A stretch of 64,000 nt of DNA, taken from contig NW_021834639.1 in assembly GCF_006345805.1 (NCBI RefSeq), positions 1 to 64,000 of the forward strand, read 5' to 3'. The notes under the pieces are model-generated. The model worked only from the letters and a program-made list of their open reading frames with translations, made no database searches and had not been told where the DNA came from. The stretch comes from Octopus sinensis (lineage: Eukaryota). The position numbers and the translations under genes are program-made. Positions 1-13,240 of this stretch are shown here, one piece after another; the first letter of the stretch is position 1, and each line of letters opens with the position of its first letter.

Positions 1-1020
1 GGGCCCGCTCCTCTTCATTATTTACTTCAACGACATAGTAAGATGTCATCAAATATTCTACATTGAAAATCTTTGCAGATGATTCCAAACTCCAGAAAGC
101 CATAAACGGCATGAGAGACCGAACATGCCTTCAGTCAGATCTGTTTGCTATTGTCCAATGGGCGGAAAAAGACAATATGCTTTTAAATGAAGATAAGTTT
201 GATCTACTTTGGGAAAGAGGAAACTGAAATTACCATATACTCTTTCCTCGGGCGACTTCCTAGTGTCATCCAACAGCACTAGAAATCTTGGAGTAGTTGT
301 TGATAACAATCTAAGCTGGAACTCCCACGTAAACAGGAAGGTTGACTTTGCCTGCAAGATGTGCTCCTGGATTCTGAGAACTTTCCGGTCTAGAGACGCC
401 TACACCATCATCCTTCTCTACTCTACTTTTGCCCCACCTTGAGTACTGTTGCCCTCTGTGCCCCCCCCCCCCCTCATACTAAGCAACTCATTATGAAAGC
501 AGAAGCATTCCAGAGGTCCATAACAAGAAAAATAGACGGCTTGAGAGGCATTGATTATTGGATTCGACTAAAAAAACTCAATCTCAACTCTCTCCAACGC
601 CGCCGGGAGCGCTACATCATTTGTGTTATGTGAAAAATATTCCATCAATATTGCACAAATGATGTTGGCATCAATTTTGAAATCCATCCAAGACTTGGCT
701 CCCGTGCAATCCGCCCACAAACTCGGTACATATAACAACATTACGTCATAATTACTTTACCTCAACCGGTCCAGCTCTCTTTAATACCATACCAAAATAC
801 ATCAAAACGGAAACGGTTCCCATAAAATTCAAATGTTCACTGGGCTAATTTCTTCAAAAAATTCCAGACCAACCTCTTACACCGGATATGTCTCCAACAA
901 TAAGAACTCTTTGTCGGAGTGGGCTTTGGTGCCACGTATATGACTAAAAGACTTCACCAGGTGGTGCTGTTGAGTTAGACATGGCCTGGGCCTATACTGG
1001 CCGAAAACTATCAAAGTTAT
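1..1020 (+). mobile_element. Degraded 3' part of a CR1/L2-group LINE (RT C-terminus and 3' UTR), 5' end outside the window
   Basis: Frameshifted translation GPLLFIIYFNDI / LKIFADDSKLQK (FADD at 72-83) / LGVVVDNNLSWNSHV / LNSLQRRRERY / YFTSTGPALFNTIP, ending at a (TA)n tract. Confidence 0.9.
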
Positions 1021-1199
1021 TATATATATATATATGTATGTGTGTGTATGTATTAAGTAAATTTCTTATCACGGCCATTCCCACGCCTGCAGTGAGATCC
1101 TGTTTACCAAACAACAGGACCTCGCTGTATACAGAAGTTTGAGGTCAAGGAGTTGATAACATTGTGTGTGTATGTGTGTGTGTGTGTGAACGAATGTGT

Positions 1200-1403
1200 T
1201 TTTGTGTCTGTGTCTCCCACTTACAGCTTGACAACCGACGTTGTTGTGTTTATGTCTCCATGACCAAGCGGTTCGGCAAAACAACCCGTTAAGTGCTAGG
1301 GTTTAAAACAAAGTACCGGGGTTGATTCGTACGACTAAAAATTTCCAAAGTGGTTCTCCAGCATGGCTGCAGTCTAATGACTGAAACAAGTAAAAGATAC
1401 AAG
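1200..1403 (+). mobile_element. SINE family A, 3' half
   Basis: Matches the intact copy at 22575: ttgacaaccga...cggttcggcaaaa...ctccagcatggctgcagtc...actgaaacaagtaaaaga. Confidence 0.75.
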
Positions 1404-2481
1404 ATATATCCTATGTTTTTCATAGCTTACAGGTAGCGTTAAATCCTGGAGGCATCTTCTAAGTGGACGTCTATTAATATGATGCTGATATATTCGATCA
1501 TTAATAAGTTGAACGTTCGATTTTGTTTGCTTTTTTGTAGTTTTGTTATTCTTGTGTGCGTTTAACATATAATGACATAATTTGTTAATGTCGTTCTTTG
1601 ATCCCAGATCAATACTGAACGAATAATAAATGGCAGACTTATGATCAAAGGTTTTCCAGACATGATAACAGTGTTGCGTTAGGGGTTTTTCCCCCTCCTT
1701 ATTTTATTATTTATTATTTATTTATTATGCTTTTTATGGCCAGAATATATCCAGTACTAAATTTTCTAACAGTAGCACTGAAAAAAAAGAATGTAGCGCG
1801 TGATTTGACGGTGATTTGGTTGCCATTTTTAGCAGGCCGAGTGGACCACACGGAAGCTCCCTTGGCTCAAGTGACATGAAGGAAAGGAATTCGTTTCAAT
1901 CAAGAATCGAAACCGTTTTGGTCGTTGTAATTTTCTCTCTATTCCTTCATTGCCAGCCATATTTATTCCTGTATGTATGAAGCTTGAGAAATTCTTTTTT
2001 CAGGAAAGAAGTTATGAGTGAGGTTATGGCCTTGATGCCTTTCCTGATCGTCAATAGCACCACAAAATAAACGAAATGACTCAACCTGAACCGGAAATGG
2101 ACGTTTGCATTTGGTAAGTGAGGATTCAGGACCATTTCCCTTTATTTCAGACTCAGTAAACAACATGACATTATTGTGGCGCAGATTGAATACTTGGTCA
2201 ACGTATCATTGTACATTACACGAGTCACATGTCCACTAAAATGCCACTGGCTGTGCACCAAAGAACTGACCAATGCACCCATACAACATCAACTCTGTAC
2301 ACAAACCACAAGTTTTCTTTTTTTTAGTTTAATTGTAGTTCTGACCATGCTGGAGCATCAACACAATTCCCCGCACTCCTTGACACTGATTTGTTTCTAT
2401 CCAGTTATTGTTGTGTTTAAATGTGTTTATTTGTTCTCCGTTAGAATGTTAATATTTGTATGACTGACAGGTGGGGTAAAG

Positions 2482-2890
2482 GCGTGGCTGTGTGGTAAGA
2501 AGCTTGCTTCCCAACCACATGGTTACGAGTTCCGTACCTCTGTGTGGCACCTTGGATGTCTTCTACTAGAGTCTCGGGCCGACCAGAGCCTTGTGAGTGG
2601 AAACTGGAAGCCCGTCGTATATATGTATACATTTGTGTGTGTGCTTGTGTGAGAGAGAGAGAGTGTGTGTGTCTTTGTATATGTGTTCGTGCGCTACCAC
2701 CTTTTCACGACCGGTATTAGTTTGTTTACGTCCCCGTAAATTAGCGGTTCGGCAAAAGACTGATAGAATAAGTACCAGACCTTTTAAAACAAGTGCTGAG
2801 GTCAATTTGTTCGACTAAAACCTTTTAAGGCAGTGCTCTAGCATGGCCACAGACAAATGACTCAAACAAGCTAAAGATAAACGATAAAAG
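2482..2890 (+). mobile_element. SINE family A, near full length
   Basis: tRNA-like head gtggctgtgtggtaagaagcttgcttcccaaccacatgg, internal (TG)n, and family A tail. Confidence 0.8.
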
Positions 2891-3279
2891 TAGTCATAAT
2901 CAGAGACAAGTAAAGGCGCCGAACTAAATGTCTTCCACTACATAGTTACAACCCTTTACTTTCTCAATTTAAATCTCACCGGGATCAAATTTACTTTTCA
3001 TTCCTCCAGGGTCGATAACAAAAAATAACAAAAATATATAACAAAAATATATAATCATATATAACAAAAATACCAATCATATCTAGTCTAGTTTAGTGTT
3101 GGTCTGGTCTTGTCATGTGAACCTTCTCCAGAACATTCTTAATACCCGGACTTCGGCTACCGTCACTGGACTTGGGAAGAATACTGGAATGGTTTTCTGT
3201 TGCCTTTCCAGTGCTTAACTTCTCTAGGCAGATGGGATTTGAACTCCGAAGGTAGAGAGACAGAAGACATGTTGTAAAG

Positions 3280-3487
3280 CAAAATGGGACAAGAACGCAA
3301 AGCAATCAGACAGTCATGTGATACAAGAAAGGGACAACAAAACATCCAGATAATCTGGAACTCGACTGAGGAAAGAAAACTCCGAATGACCCGTTTTGTT
3401 TTCTTTGTATCGTCTATCAGGATGTTTTGTTGTCCCTTTCTTGTATCACACGACTGTCTGGTTGTTTTGCGTTCTTGTCCCATTTTG
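3280..3487. repeat. Foldback: 68-bp inverted repeat with a 72-bp spacer
   Basis: Arms 3280-3347 and 3420-3487 differ at 3 transitions; the spacer is homologous to about 29855-29970. Confidence 0.9.
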
Positions 3488-3509
3488 TATTATATTATAT
3501 ATATATATA

Positions 3510-3552
<43 letters not shown>

Positions 3553-3555
<3 letters not shown>

Positions 3556-3772
3556 GTGAAACAAGGTGGAAAAAAAAAAAGAGTACTACTCAAATACCAG
3601 TGGTAGAGTAATATGCTTTATTTTAAGCAGCAGAAAATTCAACAAAATCTTTACTCTGAGTTTCTCGTTGCCGTTCATCAGACAGTTTTTGCTAGCAAAA
3701 ACTGTCTGATGAACGGCAACGAGAAACTCAGAGTAACAGATTTTGTTGAATTTTCTGCTGCTTAAAATAAAG
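3553..3772. mobile_element. Penelope-like pseudo-LTR in inverted arrangement (loop-less palindrome 3616-3772)
   Basis: Palindrome centred on gct|agc (3693/3694) with one 1-nt indel; each arm has a hammerhead core; flanked by (TA)n. Confidence 0.7.
3697..3744 (+). ncRNA. Type I hammerhead ribozyme motif (minimal PLE type)
   Basis: Stem I ctgt/acag extended by aaaa/tttt; CTGATGA 3706-3712; short stem II cg-GCAA-cg; GAAA 3723-3726; near-palindromic stem III ACTCaGAGT; GUA cleavage triplet 3733-3735. Confidence 0.75.
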
Positions 3773-3801
3773 TATAATAATATATATATATATATATATG
3801 T

Positions 3802-4082
3802 GGAGGCGCAATGGCCTAGTGGTTAGGGCAGCGGATTCGCGGTTTCGATTCCCAGACCGGGCGTTGTGTGTGTTTATTGAGCGAAAACACCTCAAAAAGC
3901 TCCACGCTGCTCCGGCAGGGAGTGGTGATCCCTGCTGTACTCTTTCACCACTCTTTCTTCTGTTGGCCTGCTCGCTTAGCCAGCGGGGTGGTGTCATTCG
4001 AAGGCTAAAACAATGCGAACGCATTGTGACCAGCAATGTGTAACAACATCTGATGGACTGGTCGGTCACGTGATCACGTGAT
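3802..4082 (+). mobile_element. SINE family C (tRNA head)
   Basis: A box tggcctagtggttagg, B box ggtttcgattccc, tail ggtcggtcacgtgatcacgtgata; other copies at 33020 and 62478. Confidence 0.85.
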
Positions 4083-4142
4083 ATATATATATAGAGAGAG
4101 AGAGAGAAAGAGAGAGAGAGAGCGGCATAGGTACACTTTGGG

Positions 4143-4183
<41 letters not shown>

Positions 4184-4718
4184 AACGACATAATTGTTAT
4201 AAAACTCCATATAACAGCGAGAAATTAGACACAGTTGTAATACACCTTCGATATATCGGTGAGAACTGGGATGTTATATAAGATGATGTATTAGTGTACG
4301 GGATTGACCTATTGCGGACGTAACCGGTTGAAGATTTCTCATCGGAGATATTAGAGCGAAAGCGATGAAGGTCTTTTTTTTTCTTTTTCTTTTTCTTTTT
4401 TTTTTGTCTTTTTCAGAAATGTCAACATGTATTATTGCCAGAAACGCCAGATTGTTTCACGTAACATTTGCTGACCGTTAAAGACCAGATCGTTGTAAAA
4501 CTGTTCACACCTGATCTTTACCACTCGACGTGAATCATGTCAGCTGAGAACGGCTTCTTGAGGTTGAAGTTATTTTAGAAAGTGTAGCGAGGTTCATTCA
4601 ACATCCACTATTTTAAATATGTCTGTGCATGCGTGTGTATGCACACACATTTATATTATTATATTATTATTTATTATTATTATTATTATTATATATATTA
4701 TTATTATTATTATTATTA

Positions 4719-4940
4719 AGGCAGCGAGTGGCAGTGGGGGGCGACGAAATGCTTAGCGGTATTTCGTCTGCCGTTACGTTCCGAGTTCAAATTCTGCCGA
4801 GGTCGAATTTGCCTTTCATCCTTTCGGGGTCGATAAATAAAGTACCAGTTACGCACTGGAGTCGATGTCATCGACTTAATCCCTTTGTCTGTCTTTGTTT
4901 GTCCCCTCTATGTTTAGCCCCTTGTGGGCAATAAAGAAAT
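4719..4940 (+). mobile_element. SINE family B inserted in (TTA)n
   Basis: gaaatgcttagcggtatttcgtctgccgttacgttccgagttcaaattc...gggcaataaagaaat; many copies in the window. Confidence 0.9.
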
Positions 4941-4965
4941 TATTATTATTATTATTATTATTATT

Positions 4966-6068
4966 GAGTGAGAGAGCAGTTCATGCCATCAAAGTGACAC
5001 TGGGGTAAAATATACGAAGCCCAATATACCCATCATGACTACCCGTCTGATAAGGGTACACCAGGCACATGCATCACAACCATATGTGCGCGACATGGTG
5101 ATCTCATAAAAAGATAAACAGCGCATGACCTTGCAGGTGGGGCCCAGTTAGAATTTTCTTCAGGTTGAGTAGCCCATCCCGCTCAAAAGGTCCCTGAATA
5201 AGGGTTGTTTAAGGATGTTGAAAGAACCTACCATGTTTCCAGAGGTGAATTATTCAAACCCAAAAGAATCCCTCTCAACACATGGCTATGCAGTTCCCCC
5301 ACTACTTCTGCTCGTGATCAGAGATGCTCAACTGGTTGTGGTCAAACAACTGACCAGCAAATCTGTGGTATTGTGCAGAATATTTGCTGTAGCCCATCTT
5401 TTATACCAAGACAAAACAATGTACATGATAACACTTCCAATCAGTTAAGATCAGAAGCCATGAGAGCCACTGCCTGGTACTGCATCAGGGCATTTATTAT
5501 TATTATTATTATTGAGTGAGAGAGCAGTTCATGCCATCAAAGTGACACTGGGGTAAAATATACGAAGCCCAATATACCCATCATGACTACCCGTCTGATA
5601 AAGGTACACCAGGCACATGCATCACAACCATATGTGCGCGACATGGTGATCTCATATCAAGATAAACAGCACATGACCTTGCAGGTGGGGCCCAGTTAGA
5701 ATTTTCTTCAGGTTGAGTAGCCCATCCCGCTCAAACGGTCCTTGAATAAGGGTTGCTTAAGGATGTTGAAAGAACCACCCATGTTTCCAGAGGTGAACTA
5801 TTCAACCCCAAAGAATCCCTCTCAACACATGGCTATGATGCTCCCCCACTACTTCTGCTCGTGATCAGAGATGCACATATCGTCAGCCACTAAGGGACAT
5901 GCTCAACTGGTTAAGGTCAAACAACTGACCAGCAAATCTGTGGTATTGAGCAGAATATTGCTGTAGCCCATCTTTTATACCAAGACAAAACAACGTACAT
6001 GATAACACTTCCAATCAGTTAAGATCAGAAGCCATGAGAGCACTGCCTGGTACTGCATCAGGGCATTT
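4966..6068 (-). repeat. Two tandem copies (4966-5495, 5514-6068) of a ~550-bp non-coding element embedded in (TAA)n
   Basis: Near-identical units separated and flanked by (TTA)n; copy 1 lacks 28 nt between atgc microhomologies. Confidence 0.9.
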
Positions 6069-6093
6069 ATTATTATTATTATTATTATTATTA

Positions 6094-6134
<41 letters not shown>

Positions 6135-6187
6135 TATTATTAAGTGGGCTATTCGCAATTTAGAAACGATAGGCAACAAGCACAGTT

Positions 6188-6357
6188 CTCACTAAGTGAC
6201 GGAGGATGCTAGTAAGCACCAGCACCTTTTTAACGGCTGTCAAGGAAGGCTACTTCACTTGTCAGCCGTTAGAAAAGGGTTCTTACGTGACTTAAAGTTG
6301 ATTTGGCTCTTATTTCTAGCAATGGTGTGCATACTTGCATCCTCCGTCACTTGTGAG
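6188..6357. mobile_element. Small MITE-like foldback with nested inner hairpin
   Basis: Terminal IR 6188-6214/6332-6357 (ctcac(t)aagtgacggaggatgc); inner IR aacggctgtcaag/cttgtcagccgtt. Confidence 0.55.
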
Positions 6358-6590
6358 TGAATTTGGTTGAGGGAAACTGAAAGAAGCTCGTCGTGCATAT
6401 GTGTGTGTGTGTGTGTGCTTGCATCTGTGTTTGTTTCCCTTACCATCGCTTGACAACCGATGCTGGTGTGTTTATATCCCCGTAACTTTGCAGCTCTGCA
6501 AAAGAGAGCGATAGAATAAGTACTAGGCTTACAAAGAATAAGTCTTGGGGTTAATTTGTTCGATTAAAACCCCTTAAGGTGATCCATACA
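6352..6590 (+). mobile_element. SINE family A, 3' two-thirds
   Basis: tgagtgaatttgg...gaaactgaaagaagctcgtcg...ttgacaaccgatgctggtgtg...gatagaataagtactaggc. Confidence 0.75.
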
Positions 6591-6596
6591 TACACG

Positions 6597-6628
<32 letters not shown>

Positions 6629-6694
6629 CACATACATAAGATGGATAGGTAGATAGATAGGTGAACAGATACACAGACAGACAGACAGACAGAC

Positions 6695-6746
<52 letters not shown>

Positions 6747-6784
6747 TGACAGACAAACAGACAGGTATCTTTCATGCATTTCTT

Positions 6785-7060
6785 GTTTCACTGGACTGTC
6801 ATCATCCTGGGGCACCGTCTTAAAGCGCTTAGTTGAATAAAGCGATCGCAGCATATACGTATTTTGTTGTCATCCTGGTTCTCATTCTGTCGGTCTCGCA
6901 TTGCCGAATCGTGACGGGATTCAACACATTTTTCCATCTACCAAATTCATAGAGAAGACATTCGTCTGTTCGGGACCATAGTAGAAGATACATGTCCAAG
7001 GTGCCGCACACTGGGACCGAACCGAGAACCCAGACTGCTAACAAAGCTTCTTAACCATAT
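6785..7060 (-). mobile_element. SINE family A, degraded
   Basis: Reverse complement of the family A head (ccaaggtgccgcacactgggaccgaacc) and tail (ggggcaccgtctt). Confidence 0.65.
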
Positions 7061-7559
7061 AAAACGTGCATGCAAATGTACAAGTGGTTGATTCCGTGCG
7101 GTCAATACTGGAATATCATTAAGCATAGGTTTGCTGAATCCTGCCTGACCTGGGGTTAAACAGCGACAGCGACATTCAGTGAAATAAAAATTTGATGGCC
7201 AGTGTACAGACACGACCTGGCTGAACATCAAAGATATATGATACATCGGAACCTCTCTGCACTCACAAGCATTAACAGTGCAGTGCAGTGCAGCGCGGTG
7301 CAGCGCAGTGCAATGCAGTGCAAAACTGAATGTATGAGGCAGTGCAAGTTAAGTGCACCAGTTGACATACGATTGATGCTCGGTGTACACGTTAAGTTAT
7401 TGATTCCTCTAATGTGCATCGGCTTTATACACCCAATCACGTACTCGTACAAGTATATATATATACACATTATAGGCAAACACACTGAGGAATATTACGG
7501 GGATAGGAACACATGTGTGGAGGGAGAGAAAAAGACACACACACCCTGTCAGAGACAGA

Positions 7560-7570
7560 GGCATTGATAT

Positions 7571-7621
<51 letters not shown>

Positions 7622-8350
7622 ATGTGTGTATAAATATATATATATATATTTTATTGCGCAGTATATATATATACTCACACACATATATATATACACAGTC
7701 GAAGAAAAGACATATACATACGTACATTCATGCATACATACATACATACATACATACATAAATACATGCACGCATACACACATATATGCATACATACATA
7801 CATACATACATACATACATACATACATACATACATAAATACATGCACGCACGCACACATACATAAATACATACATACATACATACATACATCATACATAC
7901 ATACATACATACATACATGCACGCATACACACATACATGCATACATACATACATACATACATACATACATACATAAATACATGCACGCATACACACATAT
8001 ATGCATACATACATACATACATACATACATAAATACATACATACATACATATGCATACATACATACAGTATAAAGACACAAACACACAGATAAGCAGAGA
8101 CATGCATTCACACTTCGTGCTCGTATGCATACGGATACACACAGACACACACACACACACACACACACAAACACGCACACACACACACACATACACACAA
8201 ACGCACACACACACACACACGCATAGGCACTATACATCTACTATGCGTCTTTTAATCAGATGAAATCAACAATGTGTATGTATGTATGCATCTATGTATG
8301 CATGCATGTATGTACGTATGTATGCATGCATATATGTATATATATGTATA
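7560..8350. repeat. Compound (TA)/(TG)/(TACA)/(CA) microsatellite
   Basis: Direct inspection. Confidence 0.95.
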
Positions 8351-9055
8351 TATAAACCAGCTTTGGTTTACTTATATCGGTCTCTTTGTCCTTTCCGTTA
8401 ATCGTCGTACAAGTCCACCACGATTTGAGCTTTCATTTCTAACGTTCATAATCTTATTCTTCGTGGTAAATCATTTGTTTTCTCTTGCTGTGACACACTC
8501 TCTCTCCCCTTCTTCCTCTCTTTCTCCCTCTCTCTCTCACTCTCTGATATCCACCACTCCTTCTTGTCAGCCTTTTGCCTAGCGAACGTTGCTCTGACCA
8601 ACACGTGTCCAATATTTCTCTCTGTTCAGGTGGTCTACTGAAACAAAAGTCGAAAGACACCGTTTCTACTCGGTATCCTTTGTTCTTGCTTTTTTGTTTC
8701 AGTCTTTTGTTTCAGTCTTTTGTTTCTATTTTCTTTGTTTTCAGGCGTCAGATTTGCTTTGTGTGAACCCTGACAGTCGAAAATACCAACTTATTTCCAG
8801 ACGAAAAAATATTAACTTCTCCCAGGCGCCGAAATCATAATGATTCTTTCTGGTAAAACATTGGCTGATGAAAGGTATTTATCCACGACAGGCTTTTGGC
8901 CTTTTCCTTAATTGTCATACACGTCTTTCGTCATTATTTTGATTACACACACACACACACACATACAAACATGCAAATCGCGCTTATACGAACGATAGCA
9001 ATGAAACTATGAAACTTCAGTTTCTTATCAAGTCTAACATGCCAGATGTCTCTCA

Positions 9056-9091
<36 letters not shown>

Positions 9092-10349
9092 CTTTCTATC
9101 TCTCCTTCTGCCTCTCTCCCTCTTCTTTCCCTCGACACATTGTATGTATGTGTTTTCTTTGATATTGTCTGCAACAAAGCATTTCCCAGTGACTCACACA
9201 TTACTTCTTTACTTTTATCGTTTGCAATAGCGGCAACGTGAAACTAGGAGTTATTATTCAAGAAACTTCAACTTTATATATTTTTTATTGCCCACAGGGA
9301 GCTAAACAAAGACAGACAAAGGGATTAAGTCGATTAAAGATACCGATGGAATAAGTACCAGAATGGAAAAAAAATTAATTATTGTCTCGATTAGTTCGAC
9401 TAAAACTCTTCAAGACGATGCTCCAGCATGAGCGCAATCTAATGACTGAAACAAGAAAAAGATAGTAAATATCTATTCGGCGGTGGGTCAGCCTGATCGG
9501 TGCTGGGTCGGCACAACCTGTTGCGACCTCTTGCTCGCCGTGCTTAACATTCTCATTTCAAATCTCACTGAAGTAGACATTACTCGTAGTCCTTCCTGCA
9601 TTGATGAAATAATGTACCAGTCATTAACGGAGGTCCGCTCACCCTATACTGCTACCATTCATCATGGGTGGCCACGTAATCATAACAGAAGACGAGAGTA
9701 TGCACGAGAGATAAGGGAAGTGGTGAGAGTATATATGTAGAGAGAGAGGAAGTGGGTGAAATATAAGATGGCGTGTTATTGTGTTGCTGCCATTACGGTT
9801 GTTGTCTTTGATCTTGTGACTGTTATTGTTGTTGTTGTTGTTGTTGTTGCAGCTGTTGTTGATGTTCTTGTTGCTCCCGCTTAAGTTGTTATTGTTATTG
9901 TTGCTGTTGTTGTTGTTGTTCTTATTGATGATTTTATTGGTTTTGCTGTTGTTTTTGTTGTTGTTGTTAATGTAAATAATGTTGATATTGTTCTTGGTAC
10001 CAGTATTGTTTTTTTAGCCCCAGGCAACCCTTATCGAACAAAGTTCAGATCAAAGACATTCCAACCATAGACAACCTCCCCTCCCACCACCACCACCAAC
10101 ACCACCTTACTTCTGTTCCAGACAGGGTATCTATGGATCACGTTATTCAATAGACCCCCCCCTTTTTTTTAGTCAATCGTCTGAAGAATATTTGGCTGCT
10201 ATCTCTAGCAGCTTGCTGTTTGTGATATACAGCGGGTGAGTACAGAAAGTGACTCAGTATGTAATTAGAGAAGTCGTGTCAGCGTGACCCTGATTGGGTG
10301 TCAGCGAAATATGGATGGGGATCTTGGGACTTTTTTCTAAACATACTCA

Positions 10350-10572
10350 CGCATTCACACGCACGCACACGCGTACGCACACACACACACATGTACATGC
10401 ATGCACGCACACACAAACATTGATGGTCACACATACACAAATACTCATACACACACATTACATCGACACATTCACTCACATACAGACACATACACATCAA
10501 CACAGAGACATAAACGCATACACACACACACATACAGAAAATGATATAGTCTCACACATACACACACACACA

Positions 10573-10613
<41 letters not shown>

Positions 10614-10869
10614 CTTTTCTCTCTCTCTTTCTCTCTCTCTTCCATCTTTCTCTTTCTCTCTTTCTCTCTTCTCTCTCTAAACATTACAATACACAGACTG
10701 TTACGCGGACAACCTCGCAAACACACACACACACACACACACATACACACACACACACATACACACACACATACATACACACACACACACATACACACAC
10801 ACACACACACATAGACGCATGCTCATAGCATACACATTACATATTACTTGTCTATACACAGATTCCCAT

Positions 10870-10901
<32 letters not shown>

Positions 10902-10930
10902 CACACACACACACAAACAAACAAACAAAC
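10350..10930. repeat. Compound (CA)/(CT) microsatellite
   Basis: Direct inspection. Confidence 0.95.
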
Positions 10931-11164
10931 AAACACTTCACATCATACGTACTGCATCTTGAAAAACGCGCCTGTATCTATAGAAACCGATGCACGCGTT
11001 TATAGACTGAGCCACGTGCAGGCACACTATCCAGCGATGTATACATTCACGTAACACACGCAGCGCCACCTATATACACACTGTCGGAGTAAGACGGACG
11101 TGCTTCTACGCACCAACTTTATTATCAACGTCATCAAAGAATATTGCCTTGGGAATGTGTTCTT

Positions 11165-12365
11165 TTTATCATCATTATCACAATAAAACAACACTATCAT
11201 CGTCAGCATCATCATCATCGTCATCGTTACCATCATCATCTTCATCATCACTATTATCATCATCATCACTATCATCATCATCACCACTATCATCATCATT
11301 ATCGTCACCATCGTCATCATCATCACTATCATCCTCTTCATCATCATCATCATCATCATCGTCGTTACCATCGTCATCAGCATCATCATGATCACCACCG
11401 ACACCATCACCGACAACAACAGCAATATCACCATCAGCATCATTATCGTTATCATCGTCACCACTACCGCCGCCGCCGCCAACACAACCACCATCATCGC
11501 CACCACCACCACCATTACCATCATCATGATTAGCATCGCCACCACTACCATCACCATCATCATCGTCACCATCGTCATCTTCATCACCACCGACACCACC
11601 AAAAACAACAATAGCAACAACACCATCAGCATCATTATCATTATCATCGTCACCACCACCGCCGCTGCCGCCTCCACAACCAGTATCATCTTCACCACCA
11701 CCACCACCACCACTACCACCATCGTCTTTAACAATCCTCATCGTGATCAGGATCAACATTACAACCGCCATTATCATCATCATCATGCGCATCATCACTA
11801 CTATCGCCATTATTGTCATCGTCATCACCGTGCGTGAACTCATCGTCATCACCATCATCATCATCATCATCATTATCATCATCATCATCATCATCATCAT
11901 CGTCGACGTCGTCGTTGTCATCATCATTATCACTGTCACCACCAACACCACAACCATCAGCACCACCAGCAATGCAATCATCATCATCACCATCATAACA
12001 TCACTTTCGCCAATTCTTTTATCACCGCCATCACCAACACTGCAACTACCAGCGCCACCACCAACACCACTACCACCACCACAACCACCGCCATACCACA
12101 ACCATCATCAACGTCACCTACACCACCACCACCACCGCCGCCACTACTACTATCAACACCACCGCTACCTCCAACAACCACCACCACCACCACCACCACC
12201 ACCGCCATACCACAACCATCATCAACGTCACCTACACCACCACCGCCACCACCACCACCGCCGCCAGTATCACCATCACCACTACTACTACTATCAACAC
12301 CACCGCTACCTCCAACCACCACCACAACCACCACCACCACCACCACCATCACTGCCGCCGACATG
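11165..12365. repeat. Degenerate (CAT)/(CAC) trinucleotide tract with higher-order ~90-110 bp duplications at 12080-12330
   Basis: ccgccataccacaaccatcatcaacgtcacctacaccacc unit repeated; source of low-complexity ORFs. Confidence 0.95.
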
Positions 12366-12839
12366 ATTATTGTTCAACTCCACCAGTCTACATCCGCCAC
12401 ATTGTACGTTCTGATTCTCCATTTTCTATTCTTGGAATATATTTGGTCTGGAATCTTGTTTTGGAATTGCTAAATCGTTGCTCTTGCTTTCTGATCGAGT
12501 CATTCTAACACATACACACATTGTTACCAGGATAATGGTTCCAGCAAAGATATTACTTCGTCAATTTCAAGCAAATCACGTCTTGTTTGTTCTACTCCGA
12601 GGCTTTATTGAGTAAGGCGTGACGTCATAGGTCATACATTGTATTCCAGATTCGTAGAGTAAGTACGAGTGTGAGTTGCCAACAGATGGCTTATCTCGGT
12701 TGGCCAATTAACATTCTTGCAGATTCGTTCTTGTGCGCAGGAAGCGAGAAATAACCCAGAAGACAGAGGGCTTTCACTGCCAACAGATAGGTCAGCAGAT
12801 CGAACCGTGTGTGTGACACTGGATGAAGTATTGCTTCTT

Positions 12840-13121
12840 CCTCGCCACCACTTCCACCACCACCTCCACCACTATCATCATCATCATCATCATCGTCGTC
12901 GTCATCATCATCATCATTAGCATCATCATCATCATCATCATCATTATCATCGTCGTCGTCGTCGTCATCAGCATCATCATCATCATCATCATTATCATCA
13001 TCATCATCATTATCATCGTCGTCGTCGTCATCAACATCATCATCATCATCATCATCACCGTCGTCATCATCATCATCGTCATCATCATCATCATTATCAT
13101 CATCGTCGTCGTCGTCATCAA

Positions 13122-13153
<32 letters not shown>

Positions 13154-13240
13154 CCGTCGTCATCATCATCATCGTCGTCATCGTCATCATTACGACCATC
13201 GATATCGACGTTATCATCGTCGTCGTCGTCAGCGCCTTCG
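12840..13240. repeat. (CAT)/(CGT) trinucleotide tract
   Basis: Direct inspection. Confidence 0.95.

Noticed and set aside
1947-2463. Three short ORFs and a GTAAGT donor near 2113
   Set aside because: No recognisable product; the implied ~37-nt intron would create a stop
3360-3400. Hammerhead-like CTGAGGA...GAAT (and CTGACGA...GAAT near 29869)
   Set aside because: No GAAA, and stem I cannot form in either copy
3802-3870. SINE heads as functional tRNA genes (also 22575, 41389, 62478)
   Set aside because: They have A/B boxes but no complete cloverleaf, and continue into SINE bodies
4400-4565. Strong acceptor at ~4416 (similar candidates at 8629, 8744 and 34559)
   Set aside because: Stops in the frames examined or weak donors; poly-T tracts make chance acceptors common
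7409-8582. MYVC/HTYI-type ORFs (also 15083-15829, 23745-24435, 31588-32756, 47272-47824, 53732-54349)
   Set aside because: Produced by (TA)/(TG)/(TACA) microsatellites lacking stop codons
11061-11072. Partial CTCF-like AGGTGGCGC (also ~27628)
   Set aside because: Lacks the upstream CCnCn half of the motif
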